Positions 36,267 to 49,000 of a DNA stretch of 64,000 nt are shown here, one piece after another; within the stretch, counting starts at the first letter, position 1; each line of letters begins with the position of its first letter. The DNA is taken from assembly GCA_002633005.1 (NCBI GenBank), contig NMRA01000811.1, positions 62,001-126,000 of the forward strand, in the 5' to 3' direction. Made by a program: the position numbers and the translations under genes. The notes below the pieces were generated by a model. The model had not been told where the DNA came from, did not search any database, and worked only from the letters and a program-made list of their open reading frames with translations. Origin of the DNA: Phoronis australis (Eukaryota; Animalia; Phoronida).

Positions 36267-37385
36267 ATGTAAGTGTAGCTGCAAAGTGTATTTTAAGTGT
36301 ACTTAAGCTGAAAGTGCGTTGAAGACTCCCTAACTCCCTAATTTAATGAAACACTTATCTCTTTCCGCCTATATAGACTGATACACGACCGGTTACACAG
36401 CCGTCTAGACATTGCATGTCAAGTTGAAAACTGGCCAGTCGGGGTTTTGAGTCAGCAAAAAGTGTGCCAAAATTTCCCGTTTTCAGAGGCACTCTCGTCG
36501 TTATATAGGGTAGTAGCCAGCACACCAACTCAGGACAACTGGAATGTCTGATCGCGCCAAAATTCCGAAATATCATTCAATGCGTATTCATTAACTACCC
36601 GGATTTAACAATCGTGTATGAGGGGAGAATAATTTGTTCAAATCGTCGATAATAGTAAATCAATCCAGTTTTATTTCCGAAGTCCCTAATATTGCATCAC
36701 TGTTATTTGGCCAACTTTTCCAAAATTGCATCATTTCGTGCTAACAGAAGATGGAATCTAAACCCTTGTGATGAGACAAACTACACGTAACTGTCCGACC
36801 TAGGCAAAGTGAACGTTGAAGCCAGATTATTAGAGTTAATAAGGTGTTTTAGGTCTTCCATCTTTGGATTGTTAAGTGGATAGGAATAACCCCTTTATTA
36901 ATATAGCAGCCTAGAAAGTGAAACGCCTTACAAAAAAGGTTCAACATACCTTTTCAAAACTAATGACATTGTCCAAGATCTCGATGGTAGGCCTATTGAG
37001 TGAACTCCTTTCTATCGTACTGATAAAAAGGAAGCGCCAGAAAACAGATGTACCTGACCGCGTCTAAGCACCGACCGTGGACTAACTTTAGGGTGTAAGC
37101 ACTGATTGAATTTTCTAACATTTTGAATTTGGAATTCAATAAATTTTTGCTTTGACACCCAGAATCAACTCTTTCGTTGAACTTTCAATATTATTGAAAA
37201 CATGGGAATCTTTTCATGCAGCGCCCCCTAGTTTAAAGAGGTAAGTACCTAGTATTCATTCTCATTAATTATTGGTTTTAATTATTTATCATTGAGAATG
37301 AATAGGTGTTTATGGGCTGTTAAAGGCTCACTGGAATCTTCAGATATGTTCTTAGAAAATAATGCACGTAAAAGAGAAGCTTATA

Positions 37386-37945
37386 CCGGGATTTTCAGTA
37401 GATAAGCGCACACGATGAAACGCCCATGGGCGTTCATTTGGTGTCACAACTTCTGGTGTCAAAGTGTCCACATAGTGGGGCGTTAAGTGTCCAAATAGTT
37501 GGACGTCAAGTGTCCACTTAGTGGGGCGTTAAGTGTCCAAATAGTGACGCGTCAAGTGTCCAAACAGTGGGGCGTTAAGTGTCCAAATAGTGGGGCGTCA
37601 AGTGTCCAAACAGTGGGGCGTCAAGTGTCCAAACAGGTGGGCATTTATTCAGAAAATGCCCTCGTAAAGCCCACTCAGCGTCAACTTTTTGTCACAAATT
37701 CAGTTTTTTGGAGCATTTATTACATGTAAAAACGAACAAAATGTTGGCGAACTATGCATTTAAGCCTATACACATCAAATTTAAAAAAAGTTTTAAGTAA
37801 AATACATGTATGCCAAAGTCGGCAAAATTATGACTTCGTTTAAAAGCCCCCCTGTTCCGAATAAACGCCCAGACGCTTATTTGGTATTACTAAAACGATT
37901 GAAATTGAAATACACGCCCATGGGCTTATCTACGGAAAATCCCGG
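37386..37945. mobile_element. MITE with ~22-bp TIRs and TA target duplication (Tc1/mariner-like), carrying an internal ~23-bp tandem array
   Basis: TA|CCGGGATTTTCAGTAGATAAGC ... GCTTATCTACGGAAAATCCCGG|TA. Confidence 0.8.
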
Positions 37946-39771
37946 TACTACTTCTGTTACTGCAGTTCAGTGAATCACCAACTTGATCTGGAGTGCGAAA
38001 CTCGAGATTTAACAATGAAATTTGAGGTATAGTATGAAAGCAAGATAGCACAATTCTGACATATTTAAAATGAAATTTCGTCGCGACACTACATATAACG
38101 CCACAATGTAATCCTCGTTCTTTGCAACTGACCACGCCTGTCGCTGGACATCCTAGTAATATGCAGGCTAACGCGCCACGTCAGTCAATGTGTTGATTGT
38201 CAGTGAGTGATGGGTTTGGGCAGTGATGGAGTGGGGCTGTCGTTTGTCTCGGTATAAGCCTAGTGTAATGATGTGGTCAAATCTCGGAAGCGTGAAACGG
38301 CGGGTCCAGATTTTGAAATTAGTCAATTTAGTCCACTACTAGTAGAAGGTGAACCGTCCGTGCCCCTAATGCAATATATACTGTGTTGGGGATATTTCAA
38401 TAAATCGCACGACGACGTCACCATTAGTTTAATCAACTACTCCTGTCTTTAAAAATCGTCATCTTTTCCCCGTCGATTGATGACATCGTGTGAGNTCAAT
38501 TCTGAGCGCATTTTTAACACTTTTAACGTTTTTTATCATAAAATACACTACACATCCGTGTATGTTTTGCAGCCATCAACTGAAGTCTCTGCCATGCACA
38601 CATATTGAATGTAAATTGCATGAAGACAGGCAAAATAATTGAAAGTGTAGCTGCAAAGTGTATTTTAAGAGTACTTAAGCTGAAAGTGCGTTGAAGACTC
38701 CCTAACTCCCTAATTTAATGAAACACTTCTCTCTTTCCGCCTATATAGACTGATACATGACCGGTTACACAGCCGTCTAGACAATGCATGTCAAGTTGAA
38801 AACTGACCAGTCAAGACAGATCATTCGGGGTTTTGAGTCAGTAAAAAGTGTGCCAAAATTTCCCGTTTTCAGAGGCAGTCTCGTCGTTGTATAGGGTAGT
38901 AGCAAGCACACCAAGTCAGGACAACTGGAATATCTGATCGCGCCAAAATTCCGAAATTTCAGTCAATGCGTATTCATTAACGACCCGGATTTAACAATCA
39001 TGTATGAGGGGAGAATAATTTGTTCAAATCGTCGATAATTTTAATCAATCCAGTTTTATTTCCGAAGTCCCTAATATTGCATCACTGTTGGCCAACTTTT
39101 CCAAAATTGCATCATTTCGTGTTAACAGAAGATGGAATCTAAACCCTTGTGATGAGACAAACTACACGTTACTGTCCGACCGAGGCAAAGTGAACGTTGA
39201 AGCCAGATTATTAGAGTTAATAAGGTGTTTTAGGTCTTCCATCTTTGGATTGTTTGTGTGAGTGGATATGAATTACCCCTTTATTAATATAGCAGCCTAG
39301 AAAGTGAAACGCCTTACAAAAAAGGATCAACATACCTTTTCAAAACTAATGACATTGTCCAAGATCTCGATGGCAGGCCTATTGAGTGAACTCCTTTCTA
39401 TCGTACTGATAAAAAGGAAGCGCCAGAAAACAGATGTACCTGACCGCGTCTAAGCACCGACCGTGGACTAACTTTAGGGTGTAAGCACTGATTGAATTTT
39501 CTAACATTTTGAATTTGGCATTCAATGAATTTTTGCTTTGACACCCAGAATCAACTCTTACGTTGTATTTTCAATATTATTGAAAACATGGGAATCTTTT
39601 CATGCAGCGCCCCCTAGTTTAAAGAGGTAAGTACCTTGTATTCATTCTCATTAATGATTCGTTTTAATTATTTGTCATATAGACTGAATAGGTATTTATG
39701 GGCTGTTAAAAGCTCACTGGAATCTTCAGATATGTTAATAGAAAATAATGCACGTAAAAGAGAAGCTTATT

Positions 39772-40010
39772 CCGGGATTTTCCGTAGATAAGCACACACG
39801 ATGAAACGCCTATGGGCGTTCATTTGGTGTTACAACTTCTGGTGTCAAGTGCCAAATAGTGGGGCGTTTATTCGGAAAATGTCCAATCAACGTCAACTTT
39901 TTGCCACTAATTCAGTTTTGTGTAGCATTTATCTCTTTTAAAAACGAACAAGGTGTTGGCGAATTATGCGTTTATACACATAAAATTTAAAAACGCAGTT
40001 TTACGTAAAA
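39772..40010. mobile_element. Allelic/duplicate copy of the 37386 MITE, truncated on the right
   Basis: Left TIR CCGGGATTTTCCGTAGATAAGC present; similarity stops at ~40010. Confidence 0.7.
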
Positions 40011-40016
40011 TACCGT

Positions 40017-40838
40017 CAGAGGTCCTAAAGTCGTGAGTGCCCTTTTAAAAGTCGTGAACTATATCGTTTCCTCTTCTGTGCGGTCCCGCGATATCTGGCG
40101 TTGAAATTTCCAGCGTTCGTCTGCTTACGAACGTCAGACGAATACCCGGACGTGTTGGTATTCACAATATGATAACAAACAGTTAGTGAGTGAGTGGCTT
40201 CTTTCTTCAAATGTATCGTAAAAACAGCATATTTCACTAATCTACTTTTTTGTGCATTTTCAGCCAGGATATATTTTCGAAAATATTTATCGTTCAGATT
40301 TACTCAAAGACGCGCTCCAGGGGTAGCTTGAACAATGTATCAAAATGTCCCAGAGTCGATCAAGGTTTTGTAAGGCCAATGCAATAAAATACAGAGAGAT
40401 AATTGATGCCGGGTTCTTAGCGTTTTACGTGAACATCCCTCGTTGAAAACGTCTGTGCACATCAAAGTTGGGTGCACACATATAACCATTCATTTCAACT
40501 GAAACTGAATAAATAAATGTTGCAATGCATTTTTATGTCGTCTAGGTAATTGTAAGCACTGTAGTTGATTTGTGTGGTCTTACGTCGGGCATTTCCGTCT
40601 AAATGAAACGGGGGGTCACGACTTCAGGGCCTCATTCAAAATGGCCGGCGGACATCACATGAACGACCATTTCAAAACTCTGCTTACGGAGACAAACAAG
40701 GATTAAGATAGGTAAAACATGTATATTTGTGAAGGCTGATATATGTCCATGATATCACATGAGCAGTTGCTAACGGACATTGGGTAGTATGACCATCAGC
40801 TGCTTATTATGCTTATCGTTCACGACTTTAGGGCACTG
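40017..40838. mobile_element. Non-autonomous DNA-transposon-like insertion with imperfect TIRs
   Basis: CAGAGGTCCTAAAGTCGTGA ... TCACGACTTTAGGGCACTG; absent from the other duplicate copy; no clean TSD seen. Confidence 0.55.
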
Positions 40839-41689
40839 GTGTCTACATGAAAGCCAAAGCCGTCCGTTCCCCTAATACGATATATACTGTGATGGAGATA
40901 TTTTAATAAATAGCACGACGACGTCACCATTAGTCTAATCTCCCACTCCTTTCTTAAATCGTCATCTTTTCCCAGTCGAGTGATGACATCGTATGAGAAC
41001 GCTCCCTTAGCCGAAAATGACAAGCTCCTGGCCGTCGACTTCCTTATTTGGAAAGTCAGGTAAGTTGATTAGCCTAACATAAACTAGGTGTCGCATCAGT
41101 GCTTCGCATTTACTGGGAATTATCCAGCCAGCGCAGTATACGCGGATAGCGAGATTATAAATTTGTTGCCTATAACCTGCGGACATCAACGTGGGAGAAC
41201 TACAGTGACGAGGGGACCAATACTGCGCCCGTTGGGAGGACCAGACTTCGCAGCTAAGTTAAACCACGTGACCAATCTTGAACTGCATAGACCAGAGCCG
41301 TCTAGTCTCTGCTGTGGCTAATTTTGGGTGGAACCCCTTTGTTTTGTTTCTTTAACGCGGCGAGTTAGCGCTGATAATTACACAAGATGATACCATGGCT
41401 TAAACGGAGTTTACTGATTGCAATGGGAAGATTCACACAGGGGAACCTGGTTTATTACTGTTTGAAGTTGGCGACTTCGACTTGCCTAATTAGCGTTGTG
41501 AGGGAATTTCTCCATTACTTCTCTTATGTAATTGCTGCCAGACCCAGGCTATCAGTCACGATGAGCGAGAAAAACGGGGATGCGCATGCGCATGCCAAAT
41601 ATTCTCCCTCTGCTGTTACTGACTTTGGTATGGAATAGTTCTGCTTAACTGGTCAGGTAATGAGCACGGAGTCAGTAGTAAAATATATA

Positions 41690-41695
41690 TTTATT
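41690..41695 (-). promoter_or_regulatory. Candidate polyadenylation signal for APCDD1-like gene
   Basis: TTTATT on + (AATAAA on -) about 600 bp past the stop, in AT-rich 3'UTR-like sequence. Confidence 0.4.
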
Positions 41696-42303
41696 TATAT
41701 ACTGGCGTCCAATAAACATTCTTTTAATTAAATAATTAAATAGTTATATGATCAATGTGGTATATAAACTACAGTCAACAAATACATTTGACAATCACAA
41801 AACATAGTACGCACGAGATGAGGTATGACACTAGTGTTCGCGCCTTGCACTGAGAATGGTGCCGCTGCACCCGGAAATCGTCGCGGGCGTTTACCTTGCG
41901 TTTCGTTCACAATGCGCAACACCTGCTGCAAAACACAAGCACTGAAAACTTTGCGTGGTTTAATTGCCAATTTTTAACTTGCAAAGTAGAACATTTAAAA
42001 TTTCTTTCGTGAATCGGGATGCATTTTTCATTTAGCAGCGAGTTAAGCGGGTAAACGGAATCGTGAAAGAAACGCATGTCTGAACAACAATACATAACAC
42101 TGATATCAGACTGAAGTATCTAACGTTTTGTACCTCTCAAGTCATCTGCCTTGCCGTGAGCTGAAAACTAGTATTCTGCAGTTTCCCGCGTTGCAAATGA
42201 CGGAAAGAGATCCTGATTGGTTTCTTTTGTACCTACAAAACGGTAAACAGCCCTCCTACTTTTACAAAAATTACAACCATCACTATGACACCTGGCGTCG
42301 CGT

Positions 42304-43056
42304 TTACAAAACAATAACGAGCAAACCGATTGCGATAGCAATCGTCGACAACGACCATGGTGCGTGGCGTAGACTAGCCCCTCTGAGTCGCTCCCAATAC
42401 TTTGATTCATTTTCCATGGACGAAGCTTGCTTTTCGTCGTAATTGCATCGCATCAATGGTGACTGGAAAGCCGTGGCACGTTTCAACGGTGAATTGGGAC
42501 TGGAACCGTCACTCGGCCTCTTGCCCAGTGCCAGTAACAGTCCATGTCTGTTCTTTTCAAGCCTCACAACCTCGAATTCAATGTACGGAATCTTAATTCC
42601 CAAAATTACACACCCTTTGGTAACGGTGACGTCTTGTTCAACTCCACGAACCCAAACATTCTGCCCGCAACCAATTTTGTCATTCAGATTATACGTGACC
42701 AATTCATCTTCTGGCGTAACAGCCAGCTTATCAACTCTAAATCTGAAGTTTTCGGTGTTTTCCATAATGGACGAGTGTGATTCGTGGTAGTAATAGCCAG
42801 TCGCACTTAAAGTAAAGCTGGGATCCTCACACCACGGGTCCCTCGCGAACTGAAAGACACCGGACCAAGTTCCTTTCGTAGGATCGAAGGTCACCTTCCG
42901 CGTAAGGTACTGTCCATTTGGGCGACTCTCGCACCCTGTGCTCACCCACTCTCCGTACAACCTTCGCAGGCTGACTGTGTGGAGTCGATGTAACGTAGGG
43001 GGTTCAACATCAGTCGCTTTCGATAACGCCCGGCAGGTGGCACCACACCCGTGATT
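42304..43056 (-). CDS. APCDD1: APCDD1-like terminal exon (second domain plus hydrophobic tail)
   Basis: Minus strand tttgtag|AATCAC; NHGCGATCRALSKA...IAIAIGLLVIVL*. Confidence 0.88.
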   Translation of the reverse strand, partial: NHGCGATCRALSKATDVEPPTLHRLHTVSLRRLYGEWVSTGCESRPNGQYLTRKVTFDPTKGTWSGVFQFARDPWCEDPSFTLSATGYYYHESHSSIMENTENFRFRVDKLAVTPEDELVTYNLNDKIGCGQNVWVRGVEQDVTVTKGCVILGIKIPYIEFEVVRLEKNRHGLLLALGKRPSDGSSPNSPLKRATAFQSPLMRCNYDEKQASSMENESKYWERLRGASLRHAPWSLSTIAIAIGLLVIVL

Positions 43057-46000
43057 CTACAAAAAGCCACCAACAGAAATAAAAAGTACGCAAAGCTTTC
43101 TCAATAAAACAAACCACAAATGCACGTTTTAACTTTTTAAAACACCACAGGCTGCAGTTTACACATACAAACAAGTTTGGCAAAAAAAATCACATCTGCA
43201 GTATTCGTGCATAAGTTTCTAATTAGATGCCACAAGTTTAACCAATATCTTTTTACCAAAGACGTTTGAAATTAGAAAAATATGATTGAATTGCCTGCCG
43301 CACTCGGACTTCAAATGCATATCTTTCACGTTTGCCTGTTTGATGTTATGAAGCCGTCTGAATAAAAAAACATTCGGACATTTAAAGGGTTAGCAAACCG
43401 GTGCTTCATTCAGTCATAAACAAGTTTTCAATTAGGACACTAACTGTCGGCCTCGTCTTGTTCCTTACACTCATTTGAAAGGATTTCCATGCTTAAAAAA
43501 TAACAAAATCTTTGCTTTAGACCCGACCATTAACTGATTGCTCACAGGGAGTTACTCCAACCGCTACCTAGGCGGTACGGCCGGCCTGGGAACCGTGAAA
43601 TTCCGCGGGAATTTCAGGCGCTTCCTGGTAACCAATTTCTGTTCAAAGACTAGAACGCCACGAAGTTGTTTTGGAAGTGCAAATACGGGTCGATGTTTCA
43701 ACACCAGAACATTGTTTGTGGCGAATTAAAATAGCGGTCGTCTTTGCGAACTGATGGCATGTGTTCTTCTCAAGCACAGTGACTTTTATATTTTTAAGAA
43801 AAAAAAACCGCTGGAAACACAATCATGCATTACGTTTGCTACGGATGTTAATATTTATGAGTTAAATGCTACAACACCATCATATTCCGATGTCTTGAAA
43901 CCATCTTATTGAAACATTTCTGGTTGAAGCAACATTTGCAAAATGCCAAACCTTAGTTTACTACGAACCTCGGTTTTAGGGTGCCTCCTACGTCATACTA
44001 AATCGTTTGTATCGAAAGTCAACATTTCCCCCCCCCCCAAAAAAAAAATTCTGCTCAATATTTTACTTTAAATTTTGAACTTGACCTTAATGACGCACTT
44101 TTACTGACACCTTTTGCTGAAGGCAGTGGTTACCTTAGTTCCGGCAACAAGAAACAAAGCTGTTCTGTTCAATGTTGACAGTAAAACAACTGACGATCTC
44201 ATTTTGCGAAGGTCATACAGTACACAACGTTTGGAGTCCAGTCCGTACATTCAGCTTAATCAAATGCCCCTGGACAAAATAGTTTAGCTTTTTGTTTGGT
44301 CATCCGTCCATTGTATTGCATTCCTCTGCCCTCTCCAATCGTCATCGGTATTGGTAAATCGTTATCCAAAACAATCGTTATTAAAACCTGTCAGCCGTGA
44401 GATACAGGGAGGAAATCGGTTTCATTTCACGTTTGTGGCCTTTGACAGAGACTCATTGTCTGGTTTTTTATGATTGACTTGTACTCGTTTCAACGGCTTA
44501 ATAGGAAATTTAAATCCAGCTTGTGAATGGGAGAGAAAGTTATGGGTCATTTAGTCAACCTGATGCTTTCTGCACCATCTTAATATAATGGAAATGAACA
44601 AGCTTCCGGGCAAGAAAACTCAAACATTGAGATGACATTAGAGTAAATCTATCACATATAATAAACCGTAAAATGCGCACCTTATAAAGGTCTGTCTCTG
44701 AACCGTAGAAAACTGATGAGTTGTTTGAACCATTTAATTTAACCACGTGGCAAAACCAAAACATGACAAATATGGACTCGTGTTTTTTCTTATTTTACGT
44801 TTTTCATTTTCAAGAGCTAAAGCAGAATAATTTGAAATTACGAAAATCAATTTAAGCTTTTATGGGTTCCCAACACCTGACCACAAGAGACAGTCTTTTA
44901 AGCTTTTATATCATAGCGGTTGCCACCACAAACTTGATTTTAGCGCTTCAACAAGCTTGTAAAACCACGTGTTTGTTGACCCTTTATGCGCTTCAGGCTA
45001 AATCTAGACATGATACCTGTAGGTTTCCATTAATAAAATATCTTGTTTCCACTTGTATAAATTTGTTTAAAAGTTTTCAATAGTGATTTGTATGTTTGAC
45101 TTTTTAAACTATGTGTTAAAACCAGAGCAAACAAAAAATCTATTAGGCGGTGACTTTGGGAACTGAAAACGCTAGACGTTTTCAATTAATAGTTTACCTA
45201 TACAAGCTCGGATGGGATAAACCAAATTAAAATTGGAGTCACGTTTCTAAAGTTGCCAACCCAATTCGCAATAACATGATATATTTTGACTAAAGTCTCT
45301 ATTAATTAACAAATACAGGAGCCACGGGTTTACATACGAGATAATAGTCCGAGGACATTTTTAGCGTTTGCAGAAGCACGAAACACTGTGCCAATAACAA
45401 GGAGTTTAACGAAATCACGACAGGATCATTCGAAGTCCTACTCTATCTTCCCACTGCTACCAAATTACCTATTTTTAGAAGCTGTAATTTTGTACTTTCA
45501 TCCTGAGAATAATAATAATGGGACGGTGGTGCCGGAATTTTGCGAAATAAAGTCCGCAAAACAGGAAGAACGACACGATACTTAGAAGCCCTTCTGTGAC
45601 AGATACTGTGCTTTAACTTCACTGCTTATACTCAGCAAGTGTACCAGCCTGCTCGGTGAATTTTGCAAGTGTTTTAATGTTTTTCTTAGCTATGACAGTT
45701 TTCACTGAAACTGCTTTACTTCCAAAACATTCTTTTTTAATGCTTTGGTAAGGGAAACGCCAACCGACATGGTGTTCTGGCGTTTCATCTTCCATCCAGC
45801 ATTTCGGGCAGCAAAAACCTGTTGCTCGACCCGTTGTTTTCCTATGTTTCTGCAGGTTAAAGTGGCCTGTTATCACCTACATTACCAACTGCAATTGAGA
45901 CCTGGTCAGACTCAAAAGCTTGGTAGTTACCCGGCTCACGACCTCTTTTGTTCTTCTACAGTCAATTTTTCTTAGTCCAAGATGTTTTCCATCCTGAGAA

Positions 46001-49000
46001 GCTGTTTGTACTTTAACGAGACACACTGGTGTGACACGTGCACGATCGTGCACTTTACATGTGGATACCAATGAAAAATGCGGTTTAATTTTCTCATACT
46101 TTTACAATTATCCGAATTCACAGCTTCGTTACTAGCGGAAATGTTAAAGCTACACTTCGCCCAGTTTAGCCCACTAATAGCGAAAATCAAATTATACCAT
46201 TTACTCGCGCAAAATCGATTTCATAATATTCGTGATAGGATTTCATTTCCGTTAGCAACAAGAACGACGAGAACATACGAGAACATACGAAAACATACGA
46301 GACTCACGCTTCAGATTTTATTGGGGTTGGCCAACCCAAAATTGCGAATTCGAAAATGGCGCATGCGCCTGTGACTTGCGTTTAAGACAGTAATGTAATC
46401 CTGCTCCCAATAGAATATTATGAGCCCGATTTTACGAGAGTAAAAGGCCCGATTCGATTTTCGTTTTAGCCAGCTAAATTAATAGGCGATTGCAGCTTTA
46501 ATATGCGTCATACAGCAGTTAACCTTCTTGGGACAATGGACTGACACCGACTGCGCATTGTTGAATGCGACCCAAGGTCGATAGAATCACAAGAACTTTA
46601 CATTTTTATATAGTTATAAATACCTTCATTTCCAGAAGAGGAATTTGAAAACTAGTTGGTCGGTATGTTTTCCTGCTGTTCGGTACAGAATGTACGTCAC
46701 CAAAAAATATCTCCTTCAGTTCATGGTGATGGTGGCTCAAAATGTCCATTCTAAGCAGTTGCAACTCATGAAGTGAGAAGTTCAGGGCAGATGTGCAATC
46801 TACGTCTAAGAACATATTCCCTCCAACTCTGTCCTCGAATTCGTTGAATTCAAAAATTGCATAAGGTTTTTTCAGTATCCACGGAAACGTCACTGATCCA
46901 GGGCACGATTGGTTGACCAAACTGCTCAAACGACGCGCAGCATCTCGCGTATATGCCATAACTGTCACGTGCGACAGTTTGTAGTCCATTTCAGATACTT
47001 CTGGTGAGAGAAACTGAGGACGGGGCGCGCCAAAGTTGCCTCGAGCTACAATGAGATGCGATGGATGATGGCAGTCGGGATCGGTGTAGTAATACTGTCG
47101 AGCTTCGAAGACACTCGTCAGGTTGTCGAATGTGTACTTTCGAAGAAGGAACTCGGGACCCGATCTTATTTCGCATCTGAAAGAATGGATAACGGATTAG
47201 GATAACGCGATTTTGACAGCTGATTTTTAAAACCAGTAATTCTAATACTACAAAATTCTTAATACATGATAAGAGAATTTAGAACAAAAGACATGAACAA
47301 GCTTGTGTCAAAGACAACCTGTTTAGTGAAAGATATTCATTCTGGGTTAAGCTGCAATGTTGCAATGACGGGTTTTTCTAACTCTTTGCTGTATATCCTA
47401 GAACTAAAAGTGGCGACATGTTGGCTGTTATTTTGGTGGACCACGAACACATATGGAAAATATAGTTGTCAGTATATAATAACTCTGATGACCACGATAG
47501 ACCACAAGGGTAATAGCAGTGTGCCCAATTTAGCGAAAGAAAAAACAACAGAAGGAGAATTGTCTCTTGTCGAAAACCTCCTACAAAAAAACAAACCCGA
47601 CACCACAGACAAAAAACTACAAGACGACAATCAAAGCACGGCACGATATCCAAGAGAATCTAATTCGTCAAATCTCTGTACGACATTTCAGACGCAGCGG
47701 GCTAGATGTTAGGTGTTGATTTAGAATCTGAGGATCGTGTTCTCTCAGTAGAAATATAAATACAAGACTATTTATGTAACAATGTTTTATGTTGCCGTAT
47801 GCTGTGAGACAACATTTTTACATCCCAGGGGTTGTAAACTGTCTCATTAGATCAAGTTTGCACCAAATTATGAATGGTAGGACTTTCGTGCTTTGAGTTA
47901 AATAAGGGTGTACATAGATGTCTCGTCACCTGCCGTTGTTAGCAAATTACGATGACCACAGAACACACAAAAAATCATAGCCCTTAGCTTTGTTGAACCA
48001 TGGTCCGGATTCCACATTACATGTCCAAAGAAAAAATGCCAAATGCCGCGTTGCACTTTTTGCAATTTATCTTTCATAACACCTTTTAACTTTCATGTAA
48101 CATTTGTAAAAGGAATTCCAATTTTCAAATCTGTCGTTCATTAATTATTCATCATGCATCGTCACCTAAAAGTTTTCAATTGTTGAAGGCTGCACTACAA
48201 TCAAAAGGGTACTTTATTATTACTGTAAAAAAACATGTAGAAGGAATTTGTTACGGTCAGAAAACCTGTCCGAAAGGGTAATTTTTTTCATAGAAACTTC
48301 TAACAAATAGGTTGCTTTTGGTGGTGTTCACTTCCTAAAAGGGAGAGATTTATCTTGCCGTCTCTAGTACGTGGTTATCCTGGTTTCCCAGCAGGCAGCA
48401 GCACGTGCGATCATCCATTGGGATGTGTACCCGGGGGGCACGTCATGTGGCAAATTTTATCAACCTACATCGAAGTTTCTGAAATGTCACTGACTTGTTA
48501 ATAGGCATTGCAAAATTGACAGAAATCATCTGTTTTGCTGTTTACCAGCGACTTTAAAAACAATTGCAGGCGGTTTGGTACACGTTGTACCAGATGCGCG
48601 CAGGCCGCGCATGTGGGCCCATTGCACTGATCACCTGGAATCATTTTTATGCTTTATTAATATAAAGTTAAAACCGAGCTGAGGAGCTAGAAACCTGACT
48701 CAAAGATCTAGCAGTGTGACCCAGTGGGACTCGAACTACTGTTTCCGAGAACTAGTTAACTCTCACCTGAGCAAGAATCCAAAGTCTTTGACAATATATA
48801 CGCAACTGCTAGTCATTGAGATAATTTCTATAACTTATCCTTACTGTGAAGCGCTCACAATCACTCGGCTTAACATTTTCAGCAATTATGCGGTGACCAA
48901 AATTTCTATTTTAGGTAGTCTCTCATCAAAGGAACTCCAGGCCACAGAGCAATCTTTTTACTCGAAATCTCGAGATTGAACAAATTCGAAAGTTCGGTTC

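Larger units (their letters stand above)
36260..40998. repeat. Tandem duplication (~2.3 kb) joined by single N at 38495; probable allelic false duplication with different internal insertions
   Basis: 36260-~37790 matches 38630-~40010; 38354-38494 matches 40860-40998. Confidence 0.8.
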
